64,000 nucleotides of DNA, taken from NCBI GenBank assembly GCA_963826115.1, contig CAWGVS010000006.1, forward strand, positions 1,152,001 through 1,216,000, given 5' to 3'. Of the stretch, positions 56,139 to 64,000 are shown piece after piece. Below the pieces are notes generated by a model. That model saw nothing but the letters and a program-made list of their open reading frames with translations, had not been told where the DNA came from and made no database searches. The position numbers were made by a program, and so were the translations under genes. The DNA comes from an uncultured Candidatus Rokubacteria bacterium. Its GTDB lineage: Bacteria > Methylomirabilota > Methylomirabilia > Rokubacteriales > DASRDR01. The first letter of the stretch is position 1; every line of letters starts with the position of its first letter.

Positions 56139-56923
56139 AGCGGATCTCCCTCCTCTACCACGATGTTGTCGGCCATGATCGTCAGCGCGAGCGGGTTCTC
56201 GGGCGCCGACGCTGACATCTACAAGCTCGACGAGGGGAAGTTCGCCGCTCATCTGGCGCGGATCGCGGAGCTGGGCCCCGATCGCGTCGGAGGCGTCTGA
56301 CCGGCGCCGCTCGGGACGGCCAGGTGATCCTGACGTTCGACGACGGCGGCGTCAGCGGAGACGAGCCGATCTCCCGCATGCTGGAGGCGCACGGCTGGCG
56401 GGGATGCTTTTTCATCGTCACGGAGCGCATCGGGCAACCCGGCTTTCTCTCGCGAGAGCAGATTCGCGAGCTTCACCGTCGCGGTCACCACATCGGCTCA
56501 CACTCCCATTCGCACCCAGCGAGCTTCTCGACGCTGACCTGGGAGGGGATGGTGCAGGAGTGGACGGAGAGCCGGCGGATCCTGGAGGAGATCATCGGCG
56601 AGCACGTCTACAGCGCGTCGGTGCCGGGTGGGTATTACTCACGGCGGGTGGCCCGAGGCGGCTCGACACGCCGGCTACACGGTGATGTTCAACTCCGAGC
56701 CGACGTCGCGAGGGCGCCGTATTGACGGGGTTGTGCGATTCTGGGCCGCTACGGGATCTGGCGCCACACGTCGCCCGAGCTTGCCCAGGCGCTGGCGCGC
56801 GGAGATTTTCTGCCGCGGGCTCGGCAGGCCCTGATGTGGAACGCGAAGAAGCCGCTCAAGAGGATCGGGGGAAGTGCGTGGCTACGTTTCCGAAGGTGGG
56901 CCCTGGAGCGAGTTGCGCCGTAG
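56135..56923 (+). CDS. Polysaccharide deacetylase (NodB-like); several frameshifts
   Basis: LLYHDV, LTFDDG, IGSHSHSH, SVPGGYY; C-terminal LGRYGI...ERVAP-TAG. Confidence 0.75.
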
Positions 56924-57011
56924 CCATCGGGCGGTCGGTGGCGTCTCCGGTGCCGCGCACTCGGGCCGTGGTGGTCCGTTGACGACGTTTAGCGGAACGT
57001 GACGTGCCGAG

Positions 57012-58214
57012 ATGTCCACGGTGGGCATTCAATATCCGGATGTTCCTGGTGCTGGGTTAGGGGGACTTGTGGAGATTTGCCTCTGCGTCGATCACTGGTC
57101 GTCGTTCTATCCCCTTCAGGGCACGGTCCGCTATGTGCAGACACTGGCCCAGGGACTGGTGGCGTGGGGTCACAGGGTCCACATACTCACGCCGCACCCT
57201 TCGATCGATTCGGACTTCGAAGAAGACGGGTGCCTGATCCATAGTCGGGTCGTGTCACCGATTCGGATGGTTTCACGGTTTCAGCATGGCCTGGGGGAGA
57301 GCCTGGGCGTGTGGCGAGCCCTGGGTCGGTTGCTCCGGGACCATCCCATCGACGTGGTCGAGTTCACCAACTGGGAAGGAATTGGCGCCGTCACTGCCAC
57401 CTTCACCCGAGTACCCACGGTGATCCGCCTACACACTACTGCCTACGACACGATCCGCATGGGTATTGGCAAGCCAAGACTGGAGCGGCACTATGCCCGC
57501 TTGGAGTGCTGGACGGCCCGCCGCGCCAGCGCACTAGCCACGCACTCAACATCGCATCAGACCCAGGTGGCTGCCGACTACCAGGTGCCGCGGGAACGGA
57601 TCGCGGTTATCCCGGCTGGGGTCAAGCCGTTGACGCCGACAAACCGAGGCAGCCGCAATCCGCGGCAAGTGCTGACGGTCAGCTCAGCGACGCCGCGCAA
57701 AGGGGTAGCGATCTTTCTAGCAGTGGCGGACCAAGTTGCCCGCGCGCTGCCCGATTGCCGATTCGTTTGGGTGGGTGAAGACACGGCCACGGCGCCAGAG
57801 GGCAAGACCTGGGCACAGCACTGCGCGAACCGCTATCCTCATCTGAAGAACGTGAGGTTCGTCGGTGCGTGCTCTGACGAGCAATTGGCGGACTACTATG
57901 CCGAGTCGGCCGTCTATCTCTGCACTTCGCGGTACGAGTCGTTTGGGTTGACCCTGGTGGAGGCGATGCACGCCGGACTGCCCGTTGTGGCGCCGCGGGC
58001 GGCGGCGATGGCGGAGTTGGTTCGGGCGGGGCAGACCGGCTGTCTGTATGAGCCTGGTAACGCAGAAGAGTGCAGTGCGGCGTTGCAAGACCTGATGCGG
58101 AAGCCATCGGATAGCCAGGCTATGGGTGAATGCGGCCAGGTAGTAGCGCAAAGGGAGTATTCCGTGGATCGTATGACCGGCCGCGTGTTGGATCTGTACC
58201 GCAGTGTCTGCTGA
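57012..58214 (+). CDS. Glycosyltransferase family 4
   Basis: GHRVHIL, RKG, SRYESFGLTLVEAMHAGLPVV; alternative start 57069. Confidence 0.9.
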   Translation: MSTVGIQYPDVPGAGLGGLVEICLCVDHWSSFYPLQGTVRYVQTLAQGLVAWGHRVHILTPHPSIDSDFEEDGCLIHSRVVSPIRMVSRFQHGLGESLGVWRALGRLLRDHPIDVVEFTNWEGIGAVTATFTRVPTVIRLHTTAYDTIRMGIGKPRLERHYARLECWTARRASALATHSTSHQTQVAADYQVPRERIAVIPAGVKPLTPTNRGSRNPRQVLTVSSATPRKGVAIFLAVADQVARALPDCRFVWVGEDTATAPEGKTWAQHCANRYPHLKNVRFVGACSDEQLADYYAESAVYLCTSRYESFGLTLVEAMHAGLPVVAPRAAAMAELVRAGQTGCLYEPGNAEECSAALQDLMRKPSDSQAMGECGQVVAQREYSVDRMTGRVLDLYRSVC

Positions 58215-58225
58215 GGCGTAACGAG

Positions 58226-59761
58226 ATGGGCATGAGCGTCAGGGCATTGCTGGCGAAGAACGCCACGTGGAGCTTGTTGGGGACCGCGATCAACACGCTC
58301 ACCGGTTTCGTGGTGGCACCGTATTTGATCCACTCGCTGGGCGAGACGTCGTACGGCTTGTGGATTGTCATGGGCTCTGTGGCGGGCTATTTCGGTCTGG
58401 TCGACCTGGGTGTGCGCGGTTCGGTTGGTCGATTCGTCGCGCTCTACCGCGCCCTGGGCGATACTGCCGGGGTCAATCGCGTCTTTTCCACCTCAGTCGT
58501 GCTGCTGGCCGGTGCCGGCTCACTGGCCTTTGCCGGCATGCTCGCCTTTCGGTTGATCTTCGACACCATCTTCGACTACCCGGCCGAACAGGCTGTTGAC
58601 GTGCATGTCACCTTGGTCCTGGTCGGCATCACCTTGGGGCTGATCCTAGTGGGCAGCGTCTTCGACGCAGTGCTCTGGGGCTGCCAGCGTTTTGATCTGA
58701 TCAACCTGGTCGACATTCCCGCTGCTCTGGCACGGCTCGCACTGACGATCTGGAGCGTGGCACTGGCGCCGCGATTGGCGACCGTCGCGCTGGTCACGCT
58801 AGGGGTGTCGGTGGCCGCGGTGCTGGCGAAAGGGATCTTGAGCTATCGGGAAGAGCCCAGCCTGCGTGTTCGACTGCTCTCTTGCACCTCCGCCACAATT
58901 CGGGAGCTCTTTGGCTACGGCTTCTGGGCCTTCGTCAGCTCGTCGGCCCTGACGGCCAAGAATCAGTTACCGCCCCTGCTGATCGGCGCGCTGTTGGGAG
59001 TGGCGATTATCACGCCGTTTTCGATCGCCAATCGGCTGGCGGCGTCCATGACGATGCTTCTAGTCGCTGGTACCGGGATCTTGACGCCCTATGCCACCTC
59101 GCTGCACGCGCAAGGCAATCGGTCTCAGGAGAAGAGGCTGTTCCTCGTCGGCGGCCGGCTATGCTTGCTGGCGACCTTGTTCATGACCGGCGGACTGGTC
59201 TTTCTCGGCGAGCCGTTTATTCAACTCTGGATCGGCTATGCCATGGAGCCTGCAGGTGAACTGCTAGTCATCTTGTCGCTGGGGCAGGTACTGGCCCACT
59301 CGCAGTACGTGACCGGCAACATCATCCTGGCCAAGGGGAACCTGGGGCTGATGGCGGCGCTATGCGTAGCCGAGTTGATCCTGACCGGCGCATTGCTGCT
59401 CTGGTGGACACCAGCATACGGGCTGGGCGGAGCTTGCTGGGCAATCATCCTGCCCAATTGGCTTTGCCAGGGCGTGGGCCGCGTCTGTCTGGGCGCGGCC
59501 ATCCTGGAGGTGCCTGTCGGCCGCTACCTGACTCACTGCTTGCTGGTCCCCACACTATGGTCGCTGCCGGCGTGGCTGCTCTTGGGCGGGGTAACGGCCT
59601 GGAGGCCACCCGTGGGTTGGCTGGAGTTCTTCCTCTATGCCACGGCCTATCTGGCCATGTTCCTGCTGGGCGGCGCGTCTCTGTTCGATCTGCGACCGCT
59701 GGTTGCGGCGGTGCGTTGCAAGAAAGTCAAGCGCATAACGCTGTCGGCGTTCAAGACATGA
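58226..59761 (+). CDS. wzx: Wzx-like oligosaccharide flippase
   Basis: LLAKNATWS, LGETSYGLW, LVDLG; about 12-14 TM segments. Confidence 0.85.
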   Translation: MGMSVRALLAKNATWSLLGTAINTLTGFVVAPYLIHSLGETSYGLWIVMGSVAGYFGLVDLGVRGSVGRFVALYRALGDTAGVNRVFSTSVVLLAGAGSLAFAGMLAFRLIFDTIFDYPAEQAVDVHVTLVLVGITLGLILVGSVFDAVLWGCQRFDLINLVDIPAALARLALTIWSVALAPRLATVALVTLGVSVAAVLAKGILSYREEPSLRVRLLSCTSATIRELFGYGFWAFVSSSALTAKNQLPPLLIGALLGVAIITPFSIANRLAASMTMLLVAGTGILTPYATSLHAQGNRSQEKRLFLVGGRLCLLATLFMTGGLVFLGEPFIQLWIGYAMEPAGELLVILSLGQVLAHSQYVTGNIILAKGNLGLMAALCVAELILTGALLLWWTPAYGLGGACWAIILPNWLCQGVGRVCLGAAILEVPVGRYLTHCLLVPTLWSLPAWLLLGGVTAWRPPVGWLEFFLYATAYLAMFLLGGASLFDLRPLVAAVRCKKVKRITLSAFKT

Positions 59762-60666
59762 ACCAGGAATTGGTGAGCGCGGTGATCCCGACGTTCAACT
59801 ATGGCCGCTATGTTACCGAAGCGGTCGATAGCGCACTGGCGCAGACGCACCGCAACCTGGAGATCATTGTGGTGGATGACGGCAGCACTGATGACACGCG
59901 GGAGCGACTAGCCGGGTATCGCGACCGCATCATTTATGTCTTTCAGAAGAATCAGGGACTATCGGCGGCCCGCAACACCGGCATCCGCCATGCCCGGGGT
60001 GAATGGATCGCCCTGCTTGACTCCGACGACGTCTGGCACCCACAGAAGACGGACATTCAGTTGCGGGCGGCCAAGCGTTTCACCGGCGTCGGCCTGATTG
60101 GTTCGCCGTCTGCCTCCATCATGTGGCCGGAGGTGGAGACGGAAGCGGCGGCCAGATTGCTGAGCCAACGGGACTTCCTCCTGTCGGGGCGGATAGGTCC
60201 CTCCGGGGCGCTGATTTACCGGAGCTGCTTCGACCGAGTGGGCTTGTTCGATACCGCCTTGCGCTCCTGCGAAGATCGGGACATGTGGTTGCGGCTCAGC
60301 GTCGAATACCCCGCCATGCTGGTGCTCAGTCCCTGCTGGTGGTACCGCCGCCATTCGACACAGATGAGCCGGCGGGCCACCCCCATGTATCTGAACCACC
60401 TCGCAGTGCTGGAGAAGTTCTTCCGGCGCCATGGTGAACTGTGCCACCTGCAAAGTCTCGGCGAAGCCTACATGTACCTGGATGCCTCCTGGTGCTACTT
60501 TGAGGAAGGGGACCGCCGGCGGGCCATCGCCTATCTGCTGCGATCATTCGCCCGCCGGCCACTTGGCATCCATGATGAGCTAAGCAAGCCGTTTCATCGT
60601 TGCAAGGCCCTGACGCGTTTCGTCTTGGGCGACCGCGTGTTTCAAGGAATTAATCGGTTCCGCTAG
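59758..60666 (+). CDS. Glycosyltransferase family 2
   Basis: VSAVIPTFN, VVDDGSTD, GLSAARNTG, LLDSDD, EDRDMW; ATGA overlap. Confidence 0.92.
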   Translation: MNQELVSAVIPTFNYGRYVTEAVDSALAQTHRNLEIIVVDDGSTDDTRERLAGYRDRIIYVFQKNQGLSAARNTGIRHARGEWIALLDSDDVWHPQKTDIQLRAAKRFTGVGLIGSPSASIMWPEVETEAAARLLSQRDFLLSGRIGPSGALIYRSCFDRVGLFDTALRSCEDRDMWLRLSVEYPAMLVLSPCWWYRRHSTQMSRRATPMYLNHLAVLEKFFRRHGELCHLQSLGEAYMYLDASWCYFEEGDRRRAIAYLLRSFARRPLGIHDELSKPFHRCKALTRFVLGDRVFQGINRFR

Positions 60667-60913
60667 GATCGGCGGCATTCAGTGCAGGCGTCAAGGGTGC
60701 TCCGGCCGACGATGAAAAGATGGTTGGTTCGGCAAGGCCATTCTGGCCCGCGACGATTGCTGATTCATTGTGCGGGTGGCGCGTTGTCGGAAGAGCAAGC
60801 ATGACCCAATGCGGTGCCCACAATGGCCTGGCCACGTCGGTCCAGGTGCGTGACCACCCGGTGGGAGTCAGGCTCCGCGCTCGTCCGTGGCCTGGTGGTA
60901 TTCGAGACCTGAG

Positions 60914-61717
60914 ATGATTCTGAAACGCACGGTGAGCGCCGCCGTCCGTGCCTACACCCTTTACGCACCCACGCAGCGCGGCGCGACATTCCTTCGCCGC
61001 AAGACGTCCCGGTGGCTCGTCGCGCGCCTCGACACGGGCGTGTGGATCCGCGTGAGCGGTGTCTCGGACTTCGAGTGGCACGCCTTCAGGGGCCGACCTA
61101 GCCCAGAAGCGCTCACGATGCGAGTGTTCGTCGAACTCCTGAGGGAAGGCGACACTGTTCTCGACATCGGTGCGAATGTCGGCTACTACAGTCTCACGGC
61201 TGCGGCACGCGTCGGTCGGACCGGGAGGGTGATCGCGGTCGAGGCGGACCCTCGCGCCGCGAGGCGCCTCCGCGAGAACGTCGCCCTGAACAAGTTGGAG
61301 AACGTGACGGTCATCGAAGCCGCTGCGTCCCGCGAAGCTGGCATGATGGCGTTCCACCTCGGCGCTGACAGTGAGGGGAGCAGCCTCGCCGATCTCCACG
61401 ATGGCGGCGAGGTGGTCAATGTGCCCGTCACGACGATCGACGCCATTGTCGCCGGCGCGGACCTCCAACAGGTGAACATCCTCAAGATGGACGTCGAGGG
61501 CGCCGAAATCGACGCGCTCGCCGGCGCGTCCCGTGTTCTCTCGGCGGCGCAGCCGCCGCGCTTGGTGCTCGAGGCGAACCCGGTCACGCTTCGCGCGGCT
61601 GGTCGGTCCGTCCAAGACCTGCGGCGCTGCGTGGAGTCGTTCGGCTACCGCGTCTCCACGATCGAGACACTCCGCTGGCAGGGCGAGGCGGTCGAGAACT
61701 GGCTGGCGGCCCGCTGA
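60914..61717 (+). CDS. FkbM family methyltransferase
   Basis: VLDIGANVGYY, KMDVEGAE. Confidence 0.9.
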   Translation: MILKRTVSAAVRAYTLYAPTQRGATFLRRKTSRWLVARLDTGVWIRVSGVSDFEWHAFRGRPSPEALTMRVFVELLREGDTVLDIGANVGYYSLTAAARVGRTGRVIAVEADPRAARRLRENVALNKLENVTVIEAAASREAGMMAFHLGADSEGSSLADLHDGGEVVNVPVTTIDAIVAGADLQQVNILKMDVEGAEIDALAGASRVLSAAQPPRLVLEANPVTLRAAGRSVQDLRRCVESFGYRVSTIETLRWQGEAVENWLAAR

Positions 61718-61754
61718 GCCGTGGCCTCCAATATCGGCCCTGAATTCAGATGGC

Positions 61755-62432
61755 CTAGCCAGAATCCTTGACGAGCCGAGTCCGGTAACCGTAGTAGGCG
61801 GCGACTGATCTGAGGTTTAGCAACGAGGACAACTGCTCGAGGGTGCCGGCACACCAGTCTCGGGTATTCTTCCAGCCATCGAACGGCGGGTCGTAGAAGA
61901 ACGTGGAGTCGACGATCTCGAACCCGGCGCGAGCGATGATGCTCTTCATCTCGGACATCGACGGGATCCAAATCGGGGAAGGGGACTGACCTCGGCGGAA
62001 GAGGCGACGTAGAGTGTCTCGGAATACGGGCCGGTTCTGGCAGAAGAAGACCAGTGTGCCGTCCGGCTTGAGCAGCCGCTGTATCTCGGCTAGATAATGC
62101 GCGGGATCGGGAACGAAGTGAATGACGACCACGGACAGAACCACGTCGAAGGAGTGATCGGCGAAAGGAGCGCCGGACTGGTCACATTGCACGAAGACGA
62201 TAGGAGCGTACTCCTGAGAGGCGAAGGCGACTCGCCGAGGGTCCACGTCGCAGCCGACCACCGGGTTCGTTCGCGATATGGCGTAGGCAAGGTCGCCGTA
62301 ACCGCATCCGTAGTCAAGGACCCGGCCTCCGATGCCCTTCATCAAATGCAAGACCGCCGCGTGCCGGCGGCGCTGGTGCCAGGTAGGCCTCGCGCTTTTG
62401 CGATAGTTGGAGGGCACGCCATCGAAGCTCAT
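61755..62432 (-). CDS. Class I SAM-dependent methyltransferase
   Basis: VLDYGCGYG, PFADHSFD, RLLKPDG. Confidence 0.85.
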   Translation of the reverse strand: MSFDGVPSNYRKSARPTWHQRRRHAAVLHLMKGIGGRVLDYGCGYGDLAYAISRTNPVVGCDVDPRRVAFASQEYAPIVFVQCDQSGAPFADHSFDVVLSVVVIHFVPDPAHYLAEIQRLLKPDGTLVFFCQNRPVFRDTLRRLFRRGQSPSPIWIPSMSEMKSIIARAGFEIVDSTFFYDPPFDGWKNTRDWCAGTLEQLSSLLNLRSVAAYYGYRTRLVKDSG

Positions 62433-62692
62433 GGACCTAACCGGCGCGCTTAAGGGAAAGCAGAGTGTTAGGAGTGCGGGTCCGTGGGCCGGATGACTGG
62501 CACTGGATCGCGTGAATCACCGACGCGCGGCAATCGTAGCGCCCCCGTCGCCGAATCATCAAGAGGTGGCCGCCGGAGGGATTACGGGGCGTGGGTCAAG
62601 TCGCGCTTCACGTGGGGAGTCAGGCCGGAGCTCAGGTCGCAACGGTAGCGACTCGACGCGAAGCCGCTCTCGCCCTCGAGACGGTTCGGCGG

Positions 62693-63364
62693 TCACGGAT
62701 CCGGCACGCCGGGCGGAAGAAAGAGGAGATTCGGCGACCGTTCCCGTCTCGGCCACATTCGATATCCTAAAGGCGCCAGCTCGGGCAGCAGGGATTCGTC
62801 CCCTTCGATCAGCATCACGGGCCGATCGCGCCGGATTAGGGCGTGCATCCCGCGCAGCACGGCATGCTCCGCGACTTCGGTGTCAATCTTCACGAACGCA
62901 ACCCGGATCGGGAGTGCCAGCGCATCGACGGTGGCGGCGAGCACAGAGGTCGTGCCCGCCTCGGACGCCCGCGCCGTGAAGTAGTCGGGCAAGCCCTGCT
63001 CGTTTTTGTCGATCACGAACCTGAGCAGCCGTGGTGTGTGTGAAGCCGCGAGATTGAGCACGGTGATGTTGCCGTGCCGGGAGGCTCGGGCGAAGAACGT
63101 CAGGAGTTCCGACGTGGCGGGAACGGGCTCGAACGCGATTACACGGCCTTCTGGGCCGACGAGTTCTGCCAGGCGCACACTGTAGTATCCGACATTCGCA
63201 CCGATGTCCAGGACCCAGTCACCCCGATGTACCCATCGGGCCAGTAGCTCGAACTCTGGCTCCGAAGGGGCGAAGCGCCCTCTCTTCATGTCGAGCCAGA
63301 TCTTCCAGCGACGGACTTCGTGCTGGATCATCGGCGGCAGGTGACTGGCGAGCCGCTTCAGCAT
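62693..63364 (-). CDS. FkbM family methyltransferase
   Basis: VLDIGANVGYY, AFEPVP, FVKIDTE. Confidence 0.85.
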   Translation of the reverse strand: MLKRLASHLPPMIQHEVRRWKIWLDMKRGRFAPSEPEFELLARWVHRGDWVLDIGANVGYYSVRLAELVGPEGRVIAFEPVPATSELLTFFARASRHGNITVLNLAASHTPRLLRFVIDKNEQGLPDYFTARASEAGTTSVLAATVDALALPIRVAFVKIDTEVAEHAVLRGMHALIRRDRPVMLIEGDESLLPELAPLGYRMWPRRERSPNLLFLPPGVPDP

Positions 63365-63392
63365 GTGGTGATGCCGCGTGCGCGGAGCCGCA

Positions 63393-64000
63393 TTAGGCCG
63401 TGAAGGCCCGCGCTGGGGTGGACGCTAGGTACTCGTTGATCACGAACCGAGCCTTGCCGGCGGGCGTCTTGGGCAGGGCGCTGTGGTACTCGATCGCGAC
63501 GTCGGCGCCGTTGCCCAGGTGCTTGCCGAAGATGGCGCGCAGAGTGGGCTCCTCGCGGGCCGGATCGTACGCGGGTGTCGGGACGATCCTTATGACGGCC
63601 TGCCCCGGACGATGCTGGATGATCTGGTACTCGACGACGCCCGGCATGTGACGGAAGGAGTGGGTGCCGATGACTCCGGAGATGGCGTCCCCCGCCGTGG
63701 TGAGGAGGACATCGTTGACGCGCCCGTCGAGCCGTGTGATGCGTCCCAAGGTTCGGCCGCACCCGCAGCCGGGGCCGGCGAGGAGGCCGGCATCGCCGTT
63801 CCGATAGCGGATGAGCGGCATGGCGTGGTTGTCGAGGTCCGTGATCAGGAACGGCCCCTCTCCCTCGAGCGCGGCGCGCCCGTCTCCCTGTTCGACCTCG
63901 ATGATCGCGTGCTCGTCGCAGGTGTGATAGACGTCGGGCCGGTCGGGGCAGGTGTAGGCGAGCGACTGGACCTCGCCGCAGCCGTAGTACGGAAGCACCT
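63393..64000 (-). CDS. Phenylacetate-CoA ligase/CapK-like adenylate-forming enzyme, C-terminal part (5' end outside window)
   Basis: YYGCGE, ITDLDNHAMPLIRYRNGD, CGCGR, DGRVND, PKTPAGKAR. Confidence 0.85.
   Translation of the reverse strand, partial: VLPYYGCGEVQSLAYTCPDRPDVYHTCDEHAIIEVEQGDGRAALEGEGPFLITDLDNHAMPLIRYRNGDAGLLAGPGCGCGRTLGRITRLDGRVNDVLLTTAGDAISGVIGTHSFRHMPGVVEYQIIQHRPGQAVIRIVPTPAYDPAREEPTLRAIFGKHLGNGADVAIEYHSALPKTPAGKARFVINEYLASTPARAFTA

Noticed and set aside
46172-56730. Programmed frameshifting or phase variation in EPS and regulatory genes
   Set aside because: The breaks are numerous, scattered and mostly not at long homopolymers or slippery heptamers; assembly error is simpler
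60667-60913. Possible ncRNA or small ORF in the GT2-FkbM gap (also 62433-62692)
   Set aside because: No recognisable RNA family motif, stable long hairpin or RBS-backed ORF
1-64000. tRNA (including tRNA-Sec), rRNA, integrase or transposase genes
   Set aside because: None recognised by eye; a tRNAscan/Infernal run is needed to exclude them formally

Overview
A 64-kb, very GC-rich bacterial chromosomal segment with about 65 protein-coding genes and no rRNA, tRNA or CRISPR array that I could detect. The gene content (PF04392-type ABC binding protein, LLM and PhyH enzymes, AOR, PEP-CTERM locus) suggests Candidatus Rokubacteria/Methylomirabilota; this is an inference. 1-45 kb holds mixed metabolic and envelope genes: MDR oxidoreductase, DMT, UroD-like + YciI-like pair, DedA-rhodanese, ybbPA/tesA, ChaN, a TPP enzyme, a sugar-type ABC importer with an ArgH-like lyase, an orphan Hcp, a tungsten-type aldehyde oxidoreductase operon, vapBC, a GT2/GT-C/methyltransferase module, aminotransferase + Ald, SigK/RskA with a tandem-repeat lipoprotein, an HTH + DUF6036 pair, carbonic anhydrase, csgG-DUF4810-DUF799 and garR. 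46-64 kb is a sigma54-controlled PEP-CTERM/exosortase-exopolysaccharide locus. Best leads: (1) a DedA-rhodanese fusion whose apparent TGA stop sits at a conserved Cys position (YCS-U-P) and is followed by a SECIS-like hairpin and the rest of the domain, i.e. a probable selenoprotein; (2) a stand-alone T6SS-tube (Hcp) protein with a Sec signal peptide; (3) an ECF sigma/anti-sigma pair with a candidate promoter in front of a His/Met-rich duplicated-domain lipoprotein; (4) a receiver-less sigma54 activator beside a free receiver protein and divergent sigma54 promoters; (5) an HTH + nucleotidyltransferase TA-like pair and a lone attC-like site. Many genes between 40.8 and 57 kb carry single-base frameshifts that look like long-read assembly errors, so their boundaries are approximate.
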